A stretch of 64,000 nt of DNA from Candidatus Eiseniibacteriota bacterium (lineage in GTDB: Bacteria; Eisenbacteria; RBG-16-71-46). Below are positions 7,826 to 16,779 of the stretch, in pieces. The notes beneath the pieces were generated by a model that was given only the letters and a program-made list of their open reading frames with translations, ran no database searches and was not told where the DNA came from. How positions within the stretch are numbered: the stretch's first letter is position 1; each line of letters starts with the position of its first letter. Both the position numbers and the translations under genes were made by a program. The DNA is taken from the NCBI GenBank assembly GCA_041483195.1, contig JBGPFC010000013.1, positions 1 to 64,000 on the forward strand. The letters are read 5' to 3'.

Positions 7826-9889
7826 TCACCGAACCACGCACACTCGCGCGATCCGCGATCGCCCACCCTGTGAGAGACGCGCGAAGTAGATGCCGGCCGC
7901 GAGCCCGGGGGCGCGCGCGAAGGACACGGTGTGTTCCCCGGCCCCGAGGCCGCCGACGTCTCGCACGACCACTCGACGTCCGCTCGTGTCGAACAGCTCG
8001 ATCAGCGCCGGTTCGCCGCTCGCGAGCGCGAAGGAAAGCACGAGATCGCGTTCGATGGGATTGGGACGCGCTCCGTGGAGCGCGAGCGAGGGCAGGTCGG
8101 GAACCGTCAACCAGACTTCCGCGTGGACGCTCTCCGTTCCGTTCTCCCGGATCCTCAAACGGTAGCCATAGCGCTCGCCCGGGACGACGTCATGATCGTC
8201 GTAGCGTATGCGACCGGTTCCACTCGGCGTCAGACGGGCGACTGATTCCCAGCCCCCCTGTGCCTGCCGGCGCTCGACGCTCGCCTCGACGATCTGCGCC
8301 GACAGCTGCCACACGATGCGATTCACCAGGGGCGATGCCTCCGAGGTTTCCAGAGAAACGAGCGCCGGGGTGACTTGATCGAGGATCACCCGGCCCGCGT
8401 ACGCCCGCGGGTTGCTGCCGCGGCGATCGAGCCAGGCGGCGATCGGGGCGGCCGTCGTCGCGTCGACGGCGAGCGCCGGGCTTTCCTGGGCTCCCGGCGC
8501 CGAGCAGATGGAGAGCCCGGTCGCCGGCCAGCCGGTCGCGATCGCGCCGGACCCCGACAGGCGTTGGGCGTACAGATTGATATCGCCTGCGAGTCGCGCG
8601 TCCTGCCACCCGACGACCACGCCGCCGGAGCCGTCATCGGCGAGCCGCGGGGATCGCTGATCCCCCGGCAGGGCGCAGGCCGGGAATCCGTCGGCCGGCC
8701 AACCCGCGGAGACGGCGCCGTCGCCGGAGAGATGCTGGACATAGATGTCTCCGTCTCCGGTGCCGGTGCTGTCGCGATAGTCGTTCCAGGCGATGAACGC
8801 GCCGCCCGTTCCATCGGCGAGCAGGGAACCCTGCGGGTAGGAGACGCCCAACCAATCCAGCGGGACGCCCGCGCCGGTGGGATGCGGGCACACCACGCGA
8901 CCATTCTGCTGCCAGCCTGGCGCGACACTTCCGTCCGCGAGGATCCGCTCCGCGTAGGTCTGCTGGAACCGACCGTTCCGGTCGTCCTGCCATGCCACGA
9001 CGAATCCTCCGGAGCCATCGCCGACGATCCCCGGCGCTCGCTCCGTGCCCGCGGCGTCGCAGAGGGTCAGTGCGCCGGCAGGCCATCGCGGATCGAGGGA
9101 TCCGTCCGCGATCACGTGCTGCGCGTACAGATCGGAACCGGTCCACGCGACGAACGCCCCTCCGGCTCCGTCGCCGCAGATCACCGGCGGATAGAGCATC
9201 AGGCGGCTCATGAGAATCTTCATCGCCCCGCCCGGAGCGGGAAGCCCATCGCGATTGATCCCGGCGACGCACACGGCGAGCGAGCTCCAGTCGAAACCGA
9301 CATGGAACCAGGCCATCCAGACCCCGCCATTTCCGTTGGGGCAGATCGTGGGGAGAGCGTCCACCGGACCGAAGCCCAGAATCTGGTCGGGCCGATCGGC
9401 GAGATCGGCGCCGATCGCGACTCCCGATCCACCGCTTGCGATGATCGACGCCCACGACGCGGCCGGTGCGCCCTCCGCGTCGAAGTGGTTCAACGCGACA
9501 TTGGAAGACCGGCCAGCTATTTCATGGCTCGCCACGAAGACACCGCCCTGTCCATCGGCGAGCGCGACGGCGTGATCGGTTGGCTTGGGAGTCGCGACCT
9601 GCACGCCCGCGAGCGGCCAGCCTGGAGCGACGGTCCCACCCCGAGTGAGGTGCTGGAGGTAGGAATGGGAAAAGCCCGGGCCCGCGCTCTGCCAGACGAT
9701 GAAGGCGCCGCCGGCCCCATCGGGCGCGATCGCGACGTCGCGATGGTCGCCAGCCCCGGTGTCGGGGAGGGCGGCCGGGATTCCATCGGCCCGCCACTCG
9801 GCCCGCGCGCCGCCGGCGCCGAGCAGCGACGCGATGATGGCGACGGTGAGCCAAGAATGCCGGGAGCGATCGATCGGAGCGGACTTCAT
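7826..9889 (-). CDS. Secreted repeat (probable beta-propeller) protein with an Ig domain and T9SS-A/FlgD-like CTD
   Basis: Signal peptide; about 8 DG.GG..(V/I)AW repeats with GWP..G..(L/V)C and (D/N)(I/L)YAQ elements; CTD PNP...FD.SGR...GIYFARL. Confidence 0.85.
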   Translation of the reverse strand: MKSAPIDRSRHSWLTVAIIASLLGAGGARAEWRADGIPAALPDTGAGDHRDVAIAPDGAGGAFIVWQSAGPGFSHSYLQHLTRGGTVAPGWPLAGVQVATPKPTDHAVALADGQGGVFVASHEIAGRSSNVALNHFDAEGAPAASWASIIASGGSGVAIGADLADRPDQILGFGPVDALPTICPNGNGGVWMAWFHVGFDWSSLAVCVAGINRDGLPAPGGAMKILMSRLMLYPPVICGDGAGGAFVAWTGSDLYAQHVIADGSLDPRWPAGALTLCDAAGTERAPGIVGDGSGGFVVAWQDDRNGRFQQTYAERILADGSVAPGWQQNGRVVCPHPTGAGVPLDWLGVSYPQGSLLADGTGGAFIAWNDYRDSTGTGDGDIYVQHLSGDGAVSAGWPADGFPACALPGDQRSPRLADDGSGGVVVGWQDARLAGDINLYAQRLSGSGAIATGWPATGLSICSAPGAQESPALAVDATTAAPIAAWLDRRGSNPRAYAGRVILDQVTPALVSLETSEASPLVNRIVWQLSAQIVEASVERRQAQGGWESVARLTPSGTGRIRYDDHDVVPGERYGYRLRIRENGTESVHAEVWLTVPDLPSLALHGARPNPIERDLVLSFALASGEPALIELFDTSGRRVVVRDVGGLGAGEHTVSFARAPGLAAGIYFARLSQGGRSRIARVCVVR

Positions 9890-10014
9890 GTCGGCGGCGG
9901 GCCCCTCAGGCCAACGAGTTCTTCAGGTGAGACTGGATCCACCGCCCAATCTAGCCCATGAGAGTCGCGGCCGACGCGGAAAGAACGCGGCGTGGCCCGG
10001 TCATGCGAAAGCAC

Positions 10015-11142
10015 TCACGGCACCACCGCGAATCTCCTCACCCCCACTCGTCCCGAGGCCGCCGTCACGCGCGCGAAGTAGAGCCCGGGTTCGCGCAGCC
10101 CCGTGTCCCAGCGCTCGAGCGTTGGGCCCGCGGAGTACGCGCGCGGCGCCCGCGATGCCACGAGGCGGCCACGCAGGTCGAATACGGCGAAGGTGACCGT
10201 TTCGTCGCGGACGAATTGCAGCGTGAAGCTCACCCGCCCGTCGCGTGAGGGGTTGGGGTGGAATCTGCCGATGTCGATGGTGGAGGCAACCTGCTCCTCG
10301 ACGCCGGTCACCGCGGGCAGATCCGAGGCGAGCGCGGTGAGCGAGAGCTGCTGCATGCTGCCCGCGATCTGCCAGCTCGCGCCGCCGTCGACCGACGACC
10401 ACACGTGGCCCTCCTTCGAAGCGGCGTAGAGCGTGCTGCCCACCGCGAGCAGGCCGCGCATGCCCACCTGACTCAGCGTGCCGACCGCGGCCCAGCTGGT
10501 CGCGGCGTCCTGGCTGCGATAGATGTCGCCGCTCCCGGTCAGCACGAAGAGGTCCGAGCCACGCGAGCGAATGCGCCGCGCGTCGGACGCCGTGATCGTG
10601 CTCTTCGCGGTCCAGTCGAGGCCGTTGTCGACGCTCTCGTACACGTCGCCGGTCGCGGCCAGCGCGTAGAGCCTGACGCCCGCGCCGCGAGCGAAACTCA
10701 CGAAGTTGGAGCCGGTGAGCGTGGCGATCCCCACGAAGCTGACGCCCAGATCCGTGGACTCGAAGACCGATCCGGTCGCGGTGAGCACCAGCAGCGATCC
10801 GTCGGCGCGGATCGCCATGTCCACCAGGTCCGAGGCGCCCACCGTGCCGACGGCGCTCCAGTTGGCGCCCGCGTCGGTCGAGCGATAGATCGTTCCGCTC
10901 GCGCTCGTCATGTAGAGATCGCTGGCCAGGGCGCGGGCCTCGAGCCCGACCGCGTCGCGCACCGGAATCGTCGCGCTCGCACTCCACGACACGCCGGCGT
11001 TGGTCGATGCGAACAGCTCGCCGGTGTTGACGAGACCGAACAGCGTGGTGGCGCGCGCGACATCCGGGGCGAATGCAATCGCCAGCAGCAGACCGGCGAA
11101 GGCGAACGCCGAACCTCGATGGGCAGAGGCGCGCGCTTTCAT
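10015..11142 (-). CDS. Secreted BNR/Asp-box beta-propeller protein with T9SS-A-like CTD
   Basis: Start MKARASAH overlaps the upstream stop (ATGA). Six SxDxGxxW-like Asp boxes, VTGVEE linker, PNP...FDLRGRLV...GLYF. Confidence 0.85.
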   Translation of the reverse strand: MKARASAHRGSAFAFAGLLLAIAFAPDVARATTLFGLVNTGELFASTNAGVSWSASATIPVRDAVGLEARALASDLYMTSASGTIYRSTDAGANWSAVGTVGASDLVDMAIRADGSLLVLTATGSVFESTDLGVSFVGIATLTGSNFVSFARGAGVRLYALAATGDVYESVDNGLDWTAKSTITASDARRIRSRGSDLFVLTGSGDIYRSQDAATSWAAVGTLSQVGMRGLLAVGSTLYAASKEGHVWSSVDGGASWQIAGSMQQLSLTALASDLPAVTGVEEQVASTIDIGRFHPNPSRDGRVSFTLQFVRDETVTFAVFDLRGRLVASRAPRAYSAGPTLERWDTGLREPGLYFARVTAASGRVGVRRFAVVP

Positions 11143-14100
11143 CGCACCACCGCCAGCTTGACCCGCGCGGTCCTGCCGCCGCTGCGGGCCAGCAGGAAGT
11201 AGACGCCGTTGCCGAGATCGCGCCCCGAATCGTCGCGCCCGTCCCAGACCGCGCTCTGGTATCCGGCGCGGTAGAGTCCGCGCGCGACTTCGCGCACCTG
11301 CCGTCCCGCGAGATCGTAGATCGCGACGACCGCTTCGTCCGTGCCGCCGCCGTAGCCGCCCACCGTCGCGAACGAGATGTTCATGGCTTCCCCGCGGTAG
11401 GGCAGCGGCCACGCCGCGAGCGGACGCGCCGCGAGCAGCGACACTTCGCCCAGCGTCAGCTCCTCGCCGAGCCCGTTGACCGCGGCGACCCGATAGCGCG
11501 AGCCCGCGCCGCCTGCCGCATCGAGGTAGCGGCTCTCCGCGATCAGATCGGGGCCGATGCGAGTGCCCGCGCCCCCCGCGCCCGTCAGGCGATACACGCG
11601 ATAGCCCGCGAGCCCGGCGGGGCCGATGCCGGGATCGGTGCTCCAGGTGAGCAGCGCGCCGCCCTCGGGCGCCAACCGCACCGCGAGGCTCAGCAGCGAG
11701 ACGCTGGTCTGGATCGTGAACGAAGAGTCGGACTCATCGAGCCCGGTCACCGAGAGATCGCTCGGCGTGAGCTTGAATCGCGCGAAGCGCGTTGGCGCAT
11801 GCGGCACGATGAGGCTCATCGAATTCGAAGGCTGCCCGCCGACGCTGGTGCGCAGCAGGTCGTAGGTGCGCCCCGCATCCACCGAGAGCCACAGGTCGGC
11901 GGGCGCGGCTCCCAGCCACGAGACGCTCTGCGCGGCTCCTACGTTCCAGGTCTCGCCGTCGTTGGGCGAGAGCACGAAGTAGCGGTTGAAGCCGTGAAGA
12001 AGGGCGGCGCCCGCGTTGTTCCCGCCCGCGTCGATCAAGTCCGCCCCGACGAACACGTCGAAGAACCCGTCGCCGCTGACATCTCCCGCCCCCGCCACGG
12101 AGTAGCCGAGCTGGTCGGCCGCGACCGCGCCGGTCAGGGTGAGGTCGGCGGTGCTGTTGGGACTCGGGCCACCGAAGTAGACGTACGCCTGGCCGGCACC
12201 GTTTCCCCCCGCGTCGTTGAATGGCGCCCCCACGATCACGTCGGCGAATCCGTCGCCGTTGACATCCCCCACCCCCGCGACGGAGTAGCCGAAATTGTCG
12301 GTGGCGGCTGCGCCGGTCAGAAGGAGGCCGGCGGTCCTGTCGGGACTCGCGGCGCCGAAGTAGACGCACGCCTGGCCCGCGTCGGTTCCGGCCACATCGT
12401 TCTCGGGTGCCCCGACGATCACGTCGGCGAACCCGTCGCCGTTGACGTCCCCCGCCCCCGCGACGGAGAGGCCGAACTGGTCGCCCGCGGCAAGGCCGGT
12501 CAGCGTGAGGTCCGCGACCGCGTCGGCGGCGGGGCCACCGAAGAAGACATAGGCCTGGCCCGCGCTGGCTCCGCCCCCGTCATTCAGGTCGGCCCCGACG
12601 ATCACGTCGCCGAAGCCGTCGCCGTTGACGTCTCCCGCCCCCCCGACGGAGTAGCCGAACTCATCGCCCGCGGCCACGCCGGTCATCGTGAGGTCGGCGA
12701 TGGTGTTGGGGCTCGCACCCCCGAAATAGACGTACGCCTGTCCCGCGCTCACCCCACCCACGTCGTTGAAGGGCTCGCCGAGGATCACGTCGGCGAATCC
12801 GTCGCCGTTGACATCCCCCGCCCCGGCGACCGCGTAGCCGAGCTCATCGAGCGCGGCCACGCCGGTCAGGGTCAGGTCGGGCGTGCTGTTGGGGCTCACA
12901 CCTCCGAAGTAGACATATACCTGGCCCGCGTTGGCCCCGCCCGTGTCGTTGAACGGCGCCCCGACGATCACGTCGGCGAATCCGTCGCCGTTGACATCCC
13001 CCGCCCCCGCGACCGAGTAGCCGAGCTCGTCGCCCGCGGCAGCGCCGGTCAACGTGAGGTCCGCGACCGCGTCGGCGTCGGGGCCCCCGAAGTAGACGTA
13101 GGCCCGACCCGCGTTCGTCCCGCCCGCGTCGTTCAACGGCGCCCCGACGATCTGGTCGGCGAACCCGTCGCCGTTGACGTCGCCCGCGTTCGCAACGGCC
13201 CAGCCGAAATTGTCGACGGCCGCGGCGCCGTTCAGCTGCCGCGCGAGCCGGTGCGCGACGGGCGCCGCGGGCGGCACGATCCCGAACACACCGTCGCTCG
13301 CGTCCGAGGTCGAATGGCGAACGGCGAGCGCGGTCTGGCTCACACGCACTTTCGCGAACTCCGTCGCGCCGAGCGGTGCGGTGAGCGTGTACTCGTTCTC
13401 GGAAAGGCCGCCCACGCCCGAGACGAGCGTGGCGTAGGTGGTGCCGCCATCCAGCGACACCGCGATGTCGGCCTGGTCGTGCCCCAGCCAACGCACCGTG
13501 GCCGGCTCACCCGAGACCCATCGCTCGCCGCCGTTGGGCGACAGCACATCGTAGGGGTAGATCGCCGTGACGTACGCCCGGCCCGCGACGCTCCCGCCCG
13601 CGCCGTTGTATGGCGTCGCGGCGATCACGTCGCCGAACCCGTCGCCGTCCACGTCCCCTGCGCCCGCGACGGACTCGCCGAACTGGTCGCTCGCGGCCAC
13701 GCCGGTCAGCGTGATGTCTGCGGTGTTGTTGGGGCTCGCCCCCCCGAGGTAGACGTACGCCTGGCCACCATTGGGCGCGCCCCCGTCGTTCAGGTACGCC
13801 CCGACGATCACGTCCGCGAATCCGTCGCCGTCGATGTCTCCCGCCCCCGCGACGGAGTTTCCCAACTGGTCGAAGACGGCGCCGGTGAAGATGACGTCGG
13901 CCGCGCTGTTGGGACCCGATGCGCCGAAATAGAGGTAGGCCTGACCCGCATTGTTCCCACCCGCGTCGTTGAATTGCGCCCCGACGATCACATCGGCGAA
14001 CCCGTCGCCATTGAAATCGCCCGCCCCCGCGACCGAAAAGCCGAACTCATCACTCGCAGCCGCGCCGGTGAGGGTGAGGTCGACGACGTTGTTCGGGCTC

Positions 14101-14951
14101 GCTCCCCCGAAGTAGACGTAGGCTCGGCCCGCAAAGCTCCCGCCGGCGCTGTTGAACGGCGCTCCGACGATCATGTCGGCGAACCCATCTCCGTTCACAT
14201 CCCCCGCACCCGCGACCGAGTAGCCCAGCTCGTCGTTCGTCGCCGCCCCGGTCACAGTTACGTCGGCGCTGTTATTGGGAATCGTGCCACCGAAGAACAC
14301 GTAGGCCCTGCCGAAATCCGTCCCGCCCGCGTCGTTGAGTGGCGCCCCGACGATCACGTCGGCGAATCCGTCCCCGTTTACGTCCCCCGCCCCCGCGACC
14401 GAATAACCGAGCTCGTCGGTGGCGGCGGCGCCCGTCAGCGTGAGGTCGGCCACGCTGTTGGGGCTCGCGCCACCGAAAAAGACATACGCCTGACCCGCGA
14501 GGTTTCCGCCAACGTCGTTCCCGATCGCCCCCACGATCACGTCGTCGTAACCGTCGCCGTTCACGTCCCCGGCCCCCGCGACGGAGTAGCCGAACACATC
14601 TCCCGGAGCGGCGCCGGTCAGCGTGAGATCTGGAACCGCGTCGGCAGCGGGACCGCCGAAATAGATGTAGGCCCGTCCCGCATCGGCACCACCGGCATCA
14701 TTGTACGGCGCCCCGACGATCACGTCGGCGTAGCCGTCGCCGTTCACGTCCCCCGCGCTCGCGACGGCCCAGCCGAGTTCGTCGTTGACCGCGGCCCCGG
14801 TCGGCGTGAACAGCGTGCGGCTGGAGATCGCGTGGGCGATGCCGGTGGCGCACAGGATTCCCGCGGCGCACAGGCTGAGCGCCACGGCCACGCGGCCCAT
14901 TCTCGGGCGCGGCGGGGTACACCCGCTCATGCGTTGGTCTTCGTGATTCAC
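11139..14951 (-). CDS. FG-GAP (integrin-alpha-like) repeat protein: (7 FG-GAP + Ig) x2, then an Ig domain and a FlgD-Ig CTD
   Basis: 14 copies of (F/L)G.SVAGAGDVNGDG(F/Y).DVIVGA; two VLSPN(G/D)GE.W Ig modules; CTD YDLAGRQVR...WDGRDDSG...GVYF; start may be a downstream Met. Confidence 0.93.
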   Translation of the reverse strand: MNHEDQRMSGCTPPRPRMGRVAVALSLCAAGILCATGIAHAISSRTLFTPTGAAVNDELGWAVASAGDVNGDGYADVIVGAPYNDAGGADAGRAYIYFGGPAADAVPDLTLTGAAPGDVFGYSVAGAGDVNGDGYDDVIVGAIGNDVGGNLAGQAYVFFGGASPNSVADLTLTGAAATDELGYSVAGAGDVNGDGFADVIVGAPLNDAGGTDFGRAYVFFGGTIPNNSADVTVTGAATNDELGYSVAGAGDVNGDGFADMIVGAPFNSAGGSFAGRAYVYFGGASPNNVVDLTLTGAAASDEFGFSVAGAGDFNGDGFADVIVGAQFNDAGGNNAGQAYLYFGASGPNSAADVIFTGAVFDQLGNSVAGAGDIDGDGFADVIVGAYLNDGGAPNGGQAYVYLGGASPNNTADITLTGVAASDQFGESVAGAGDVDGDGFGDVIAATPYNGAGGSVAGRAYVTAIYPYDVLSPNGGERWVSGEPATVRWLGHDQADIAVSLDGGTTYATLVSGVGGLSENEYTLTAPLGATEFAKVRVSQTALAVRHSTSDASDGVFGIVPPAAPVAHRLARQLNGAAAVDNFGWAVANAGDVNGDGFADQIVGAPLNDAGGTNAGRAYVYFGGPDADAVADLTLTGAAAGDELGYSVAGAGDVNGDGFADVIVGAPFNDTGGANAGQVYVYFGGVSPNSTPDLTLTGVAALDELGYAVAGAGDVNGDGFADVILGEPFNDVGGVSAGQAYVYFGGASPNTIADLTMTGVAAGDEFGYSVGGAGDVNGDGFGDVIVGADLNDGGGASAGQAYVFFGGPAADAVADLTLTGLAAGDQFGLSVAGAGDVNGDGFADVIVGAPENDVAGTDAGQACVYFGAASPDRTAGLLLTGAAATDNFGYSVAGVGDVNGDGFADVIVGAPFNDAGGNGAGQAYVYFGGPSPNSTADLTLTGAVAADQLGYSVAGAGDVSGDGFFDVFVGADLIDAGGNNAGAALLHGFNRYFVLSPNDGETWNVGAAQSVSWLGAAPADLWLSVDAGRTYDLLRTSVGGQPSNSMSLIVPHAPTRFARFKLTPSDLSVTGLDESDSSFTIQTSVSLLSLAVRLAPEGGALLTWSTDPGIGPAGLAGYRVYRLTGAGGAGTRIGPDLIAESRYLDAAGGAGSRYRVAAVNGLGEELTLGEVSLLAARPLAAWPLPYRGEAMNISFATVGGYGGGTDEAVVAIYDLAGRQVREVARGLYRAGYQSAVWDGRDDSGRDLGNGVYFLLARSGGRTARVKLAVVR
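11990..14800 (-). repeat. Intragenic tandem repeats of about 180 bp (60 aa FG-GAP units) in two blocks of seven
   Basis: Recurring cccgacgatcacgtcggcgaa.ccgtcgccgttgacgtcccccgcccccgcgac at about 180 bp period. Confidence 0.9.
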
Positions 14952-15273
14952 GCGCGGCCTCCTGATGGGATGGTTGCCCGGCTCGAGCCGCCGCGCCGTT
15001 CATCCTCGGCTCCATCCGGCGATCGTACCGACCCGTTCCAGCAGGAATCGTGACCACACGCGTGCTGAGGAATCCTTGATGCCGTGGGGGGCATGGCGGC
15101 TCTCCTCGAAGTCGGACGATGAACCCGACGTCGGCTCACATGAGTCTATGGGGCCGGGGACCCTGTGGAACAGGGGGAAATTGGCCCGGCCCTGGCGTGG
15201 GCCGAGCCGCCGCCACGGATGTGGCCCCACCGCGGCGAGCCGCTGTCGACGCCGGACGCCGCGGGTCGCTCCG

Positions 15274-16542
15274 CTAGCGCGGGCTCGGAGCCCCCACCAT
15301 CGCGAACCCGCTCGCCGGATCGATCGCCGCGAGCCCCACGCGCGGGAGTTCCCCGATGCGCGAGAACACGCCACCGGCCACGACCACGCCCGGGGCGATG
15401 CCGAGCGCGAACACCGGATCGTTCGCGTCGGGGTTCCACAGCACCGGCACCCCGCGCTCCGCATCGATCGCCACGAGGTGATTGCGCGACAGTCCGCCGA
15501 CGCGTGTGAAGCCGCCGCCCGCGAGCAGCGTGCCCTCGCTCAACGCGAGCGTCGTCACCATTCCGTTCGCATCCGGATTCCACAGCAACGGCAGTCCGCT
15601 CTCGGAGTCGAGCGCGGCGAGATGGTGGCGTGACAATCCGGCCACGCGCGAGAAGCAGCCGCCCGCGAACACCGTGCCGCCGCTCGCAGCCAGCGCCGCC
15701 ACCGTCCCGTTCGCCTCCGGATTCCACAGCAGCGGTTGACCGCTCTCGCCATCGAGCGCGGCGAGATGCTGGCGCGGCAGCCCGCCGGCGCGCGAGAAGC
15801 ACCCACCCACGTACACCGTGGTGCCGCGGGTGGCGAGCGCGAACACGACGCTGTTCACCCCGGGATTCCATACGCGCGGGATCCCGCTGCCCGCATCGAG
15901 CGCCGCGATGTGACTGCGCGCCAGGTTGCCGATGCGGGTGAAGCACCCACCCGCGTAAATCGTGCCTCCGCTCACCGCGAACGCCTCGATCGCCCCGTTC
16001 GCGTCGGGGTTCCACACCGTCGCGAGGCCGCTCTGCGCATCGATGGCGGCGACGTGGTTGCGGCTCAGCCCGCCCGCGTGTTCGAATTCGCCACCGACGT
16101 ACACCACTCCATCGCTCAGCGCGAGCGCGGTCACGGGACCGTCGGTGCCCGGATTCCAGATCGCGACGGTCTGGTCGGCGAGGACATGCGCGAGACCGGA
16201 ACGCGGCAGGCCGCCGACGAGATCGAAGTCGCCTCCGATGTACCAGCCTCCTGCGCCGTCCGAAACGATCGCTTCCACCCGTCCGGCGATCGGGGGCAGC
16301 GTCGCCCCCTCCTCCTGCGCCAGCGCCCGAGACGAAATCGCGCCCGCCAGCATGCCGAGCATGATCGCGGTCCTCGCGATGGCCAGGGCCAAGGGCCCGC
16401 CCCGCGGGGCGCGGAACCGGCCTCCTCCGGACGTGAGAGACGACGCGAGGTGATGCGGGGAAGCGACGATGTTCAAGCGAGATGAGATCACACTGGCCTC
16501 CGGATCGGGCGGGTCTTTCGCTCCCGCGGGCATCGGCCGCAT
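15274..16542 (-). CDS. Secreted 7-repeat beta-propeller protein (48-aa WNP/GGxF repeats), no CTD
   Basis: Seven (Y/F/L/V)xGGxF..xGG..R..LAAxD units and six WNP motifs; true start probably near 16350-16400. Confidence 0.78.
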   Translation of the reverse strand: MRPMPAGAKDPPDPEASVISSRLNIVASPHHLASSLTSGGGRFRAPRGGPLALAIARTAIMLGMLAGAISSRALAQEEGATLPPIAGRVEAIVSDGAGGWYIGGDFDLVGGLPRSGLAHVLADQTVAIWNPGTDGPVTALALSDGVVYVGGEFEHAGGLSRNHVAAIDAQSGLATVWNPDANGAIEAFAVSGGTIYAGGCFTRIGNLARSHIAALDAGSGIPRVWNPGVNSVVFALATRGTTVYVGGCFSRAGGLPRQHLAALDGESGQPLLWNPEANGTVAALAASGGTVFAGGCFSRVAGLSRHHLAALDSESGLPLLWNPDANGMVTTLALSEGTLLAGGGFTRVGGLSRNHLVAIDAERGVPVLWNPDANDPVFALGIAPGVVVAGGVFSRIGELPRVGLAAIDPASGFAMVGAPSPR

Positions 16543-16779
16543 TCACGGCCCGAGACGACTGGAGCACGGCGCAATAATTATCCACGGCCGCACGGGCGAC
16601 ACTCAAGTCCTCAATCGAGGGCGGCCCCCCGGCGGCGGCCGGGCGGTCGCTTCTCGCGTGACGCCGGGGCGGGTCCCGATGTGCCGCGCGGACTTCTGGC
16701 ATACTGGGGGAACCGGGAACGCCGCGCGGCTTCCAACGCGGAAGCTCGACGCTCGATGGTTTCAGACGAGGAGGATCAA

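Noticed and set aside
1..10000. Left end seems slightly less GC-extreme, suggesting a genomic island
   Set aside because: Impression only and not computed; no integrase, tRNA, IS or flanking direct repeats were seen.
14995..15041. Extra LytTR-like half sites (GCCGTTCATC here; similar near 33829 and 53020)
   Set aside because: Single degenerate copies without the 21-bp partner, some in the wrong orientation; compatible with chance.
11073..15053. 1326-aa plus-strand ORF with repetitive VAVDVPRPRD motifs
   Set aside because: Antisense shadow of the FG-GAP gene; stop-free because of high GC and repeat codon bias.
11990..16260. Regular DNA repeats as a possible CRISPR array or DGR template/variable repeats
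   Set aside because: Periods of 180 and 144 bp are in-frame protein repeats with synonymous variation; there are no unique spacers, cas genes or reverse transcriptase.
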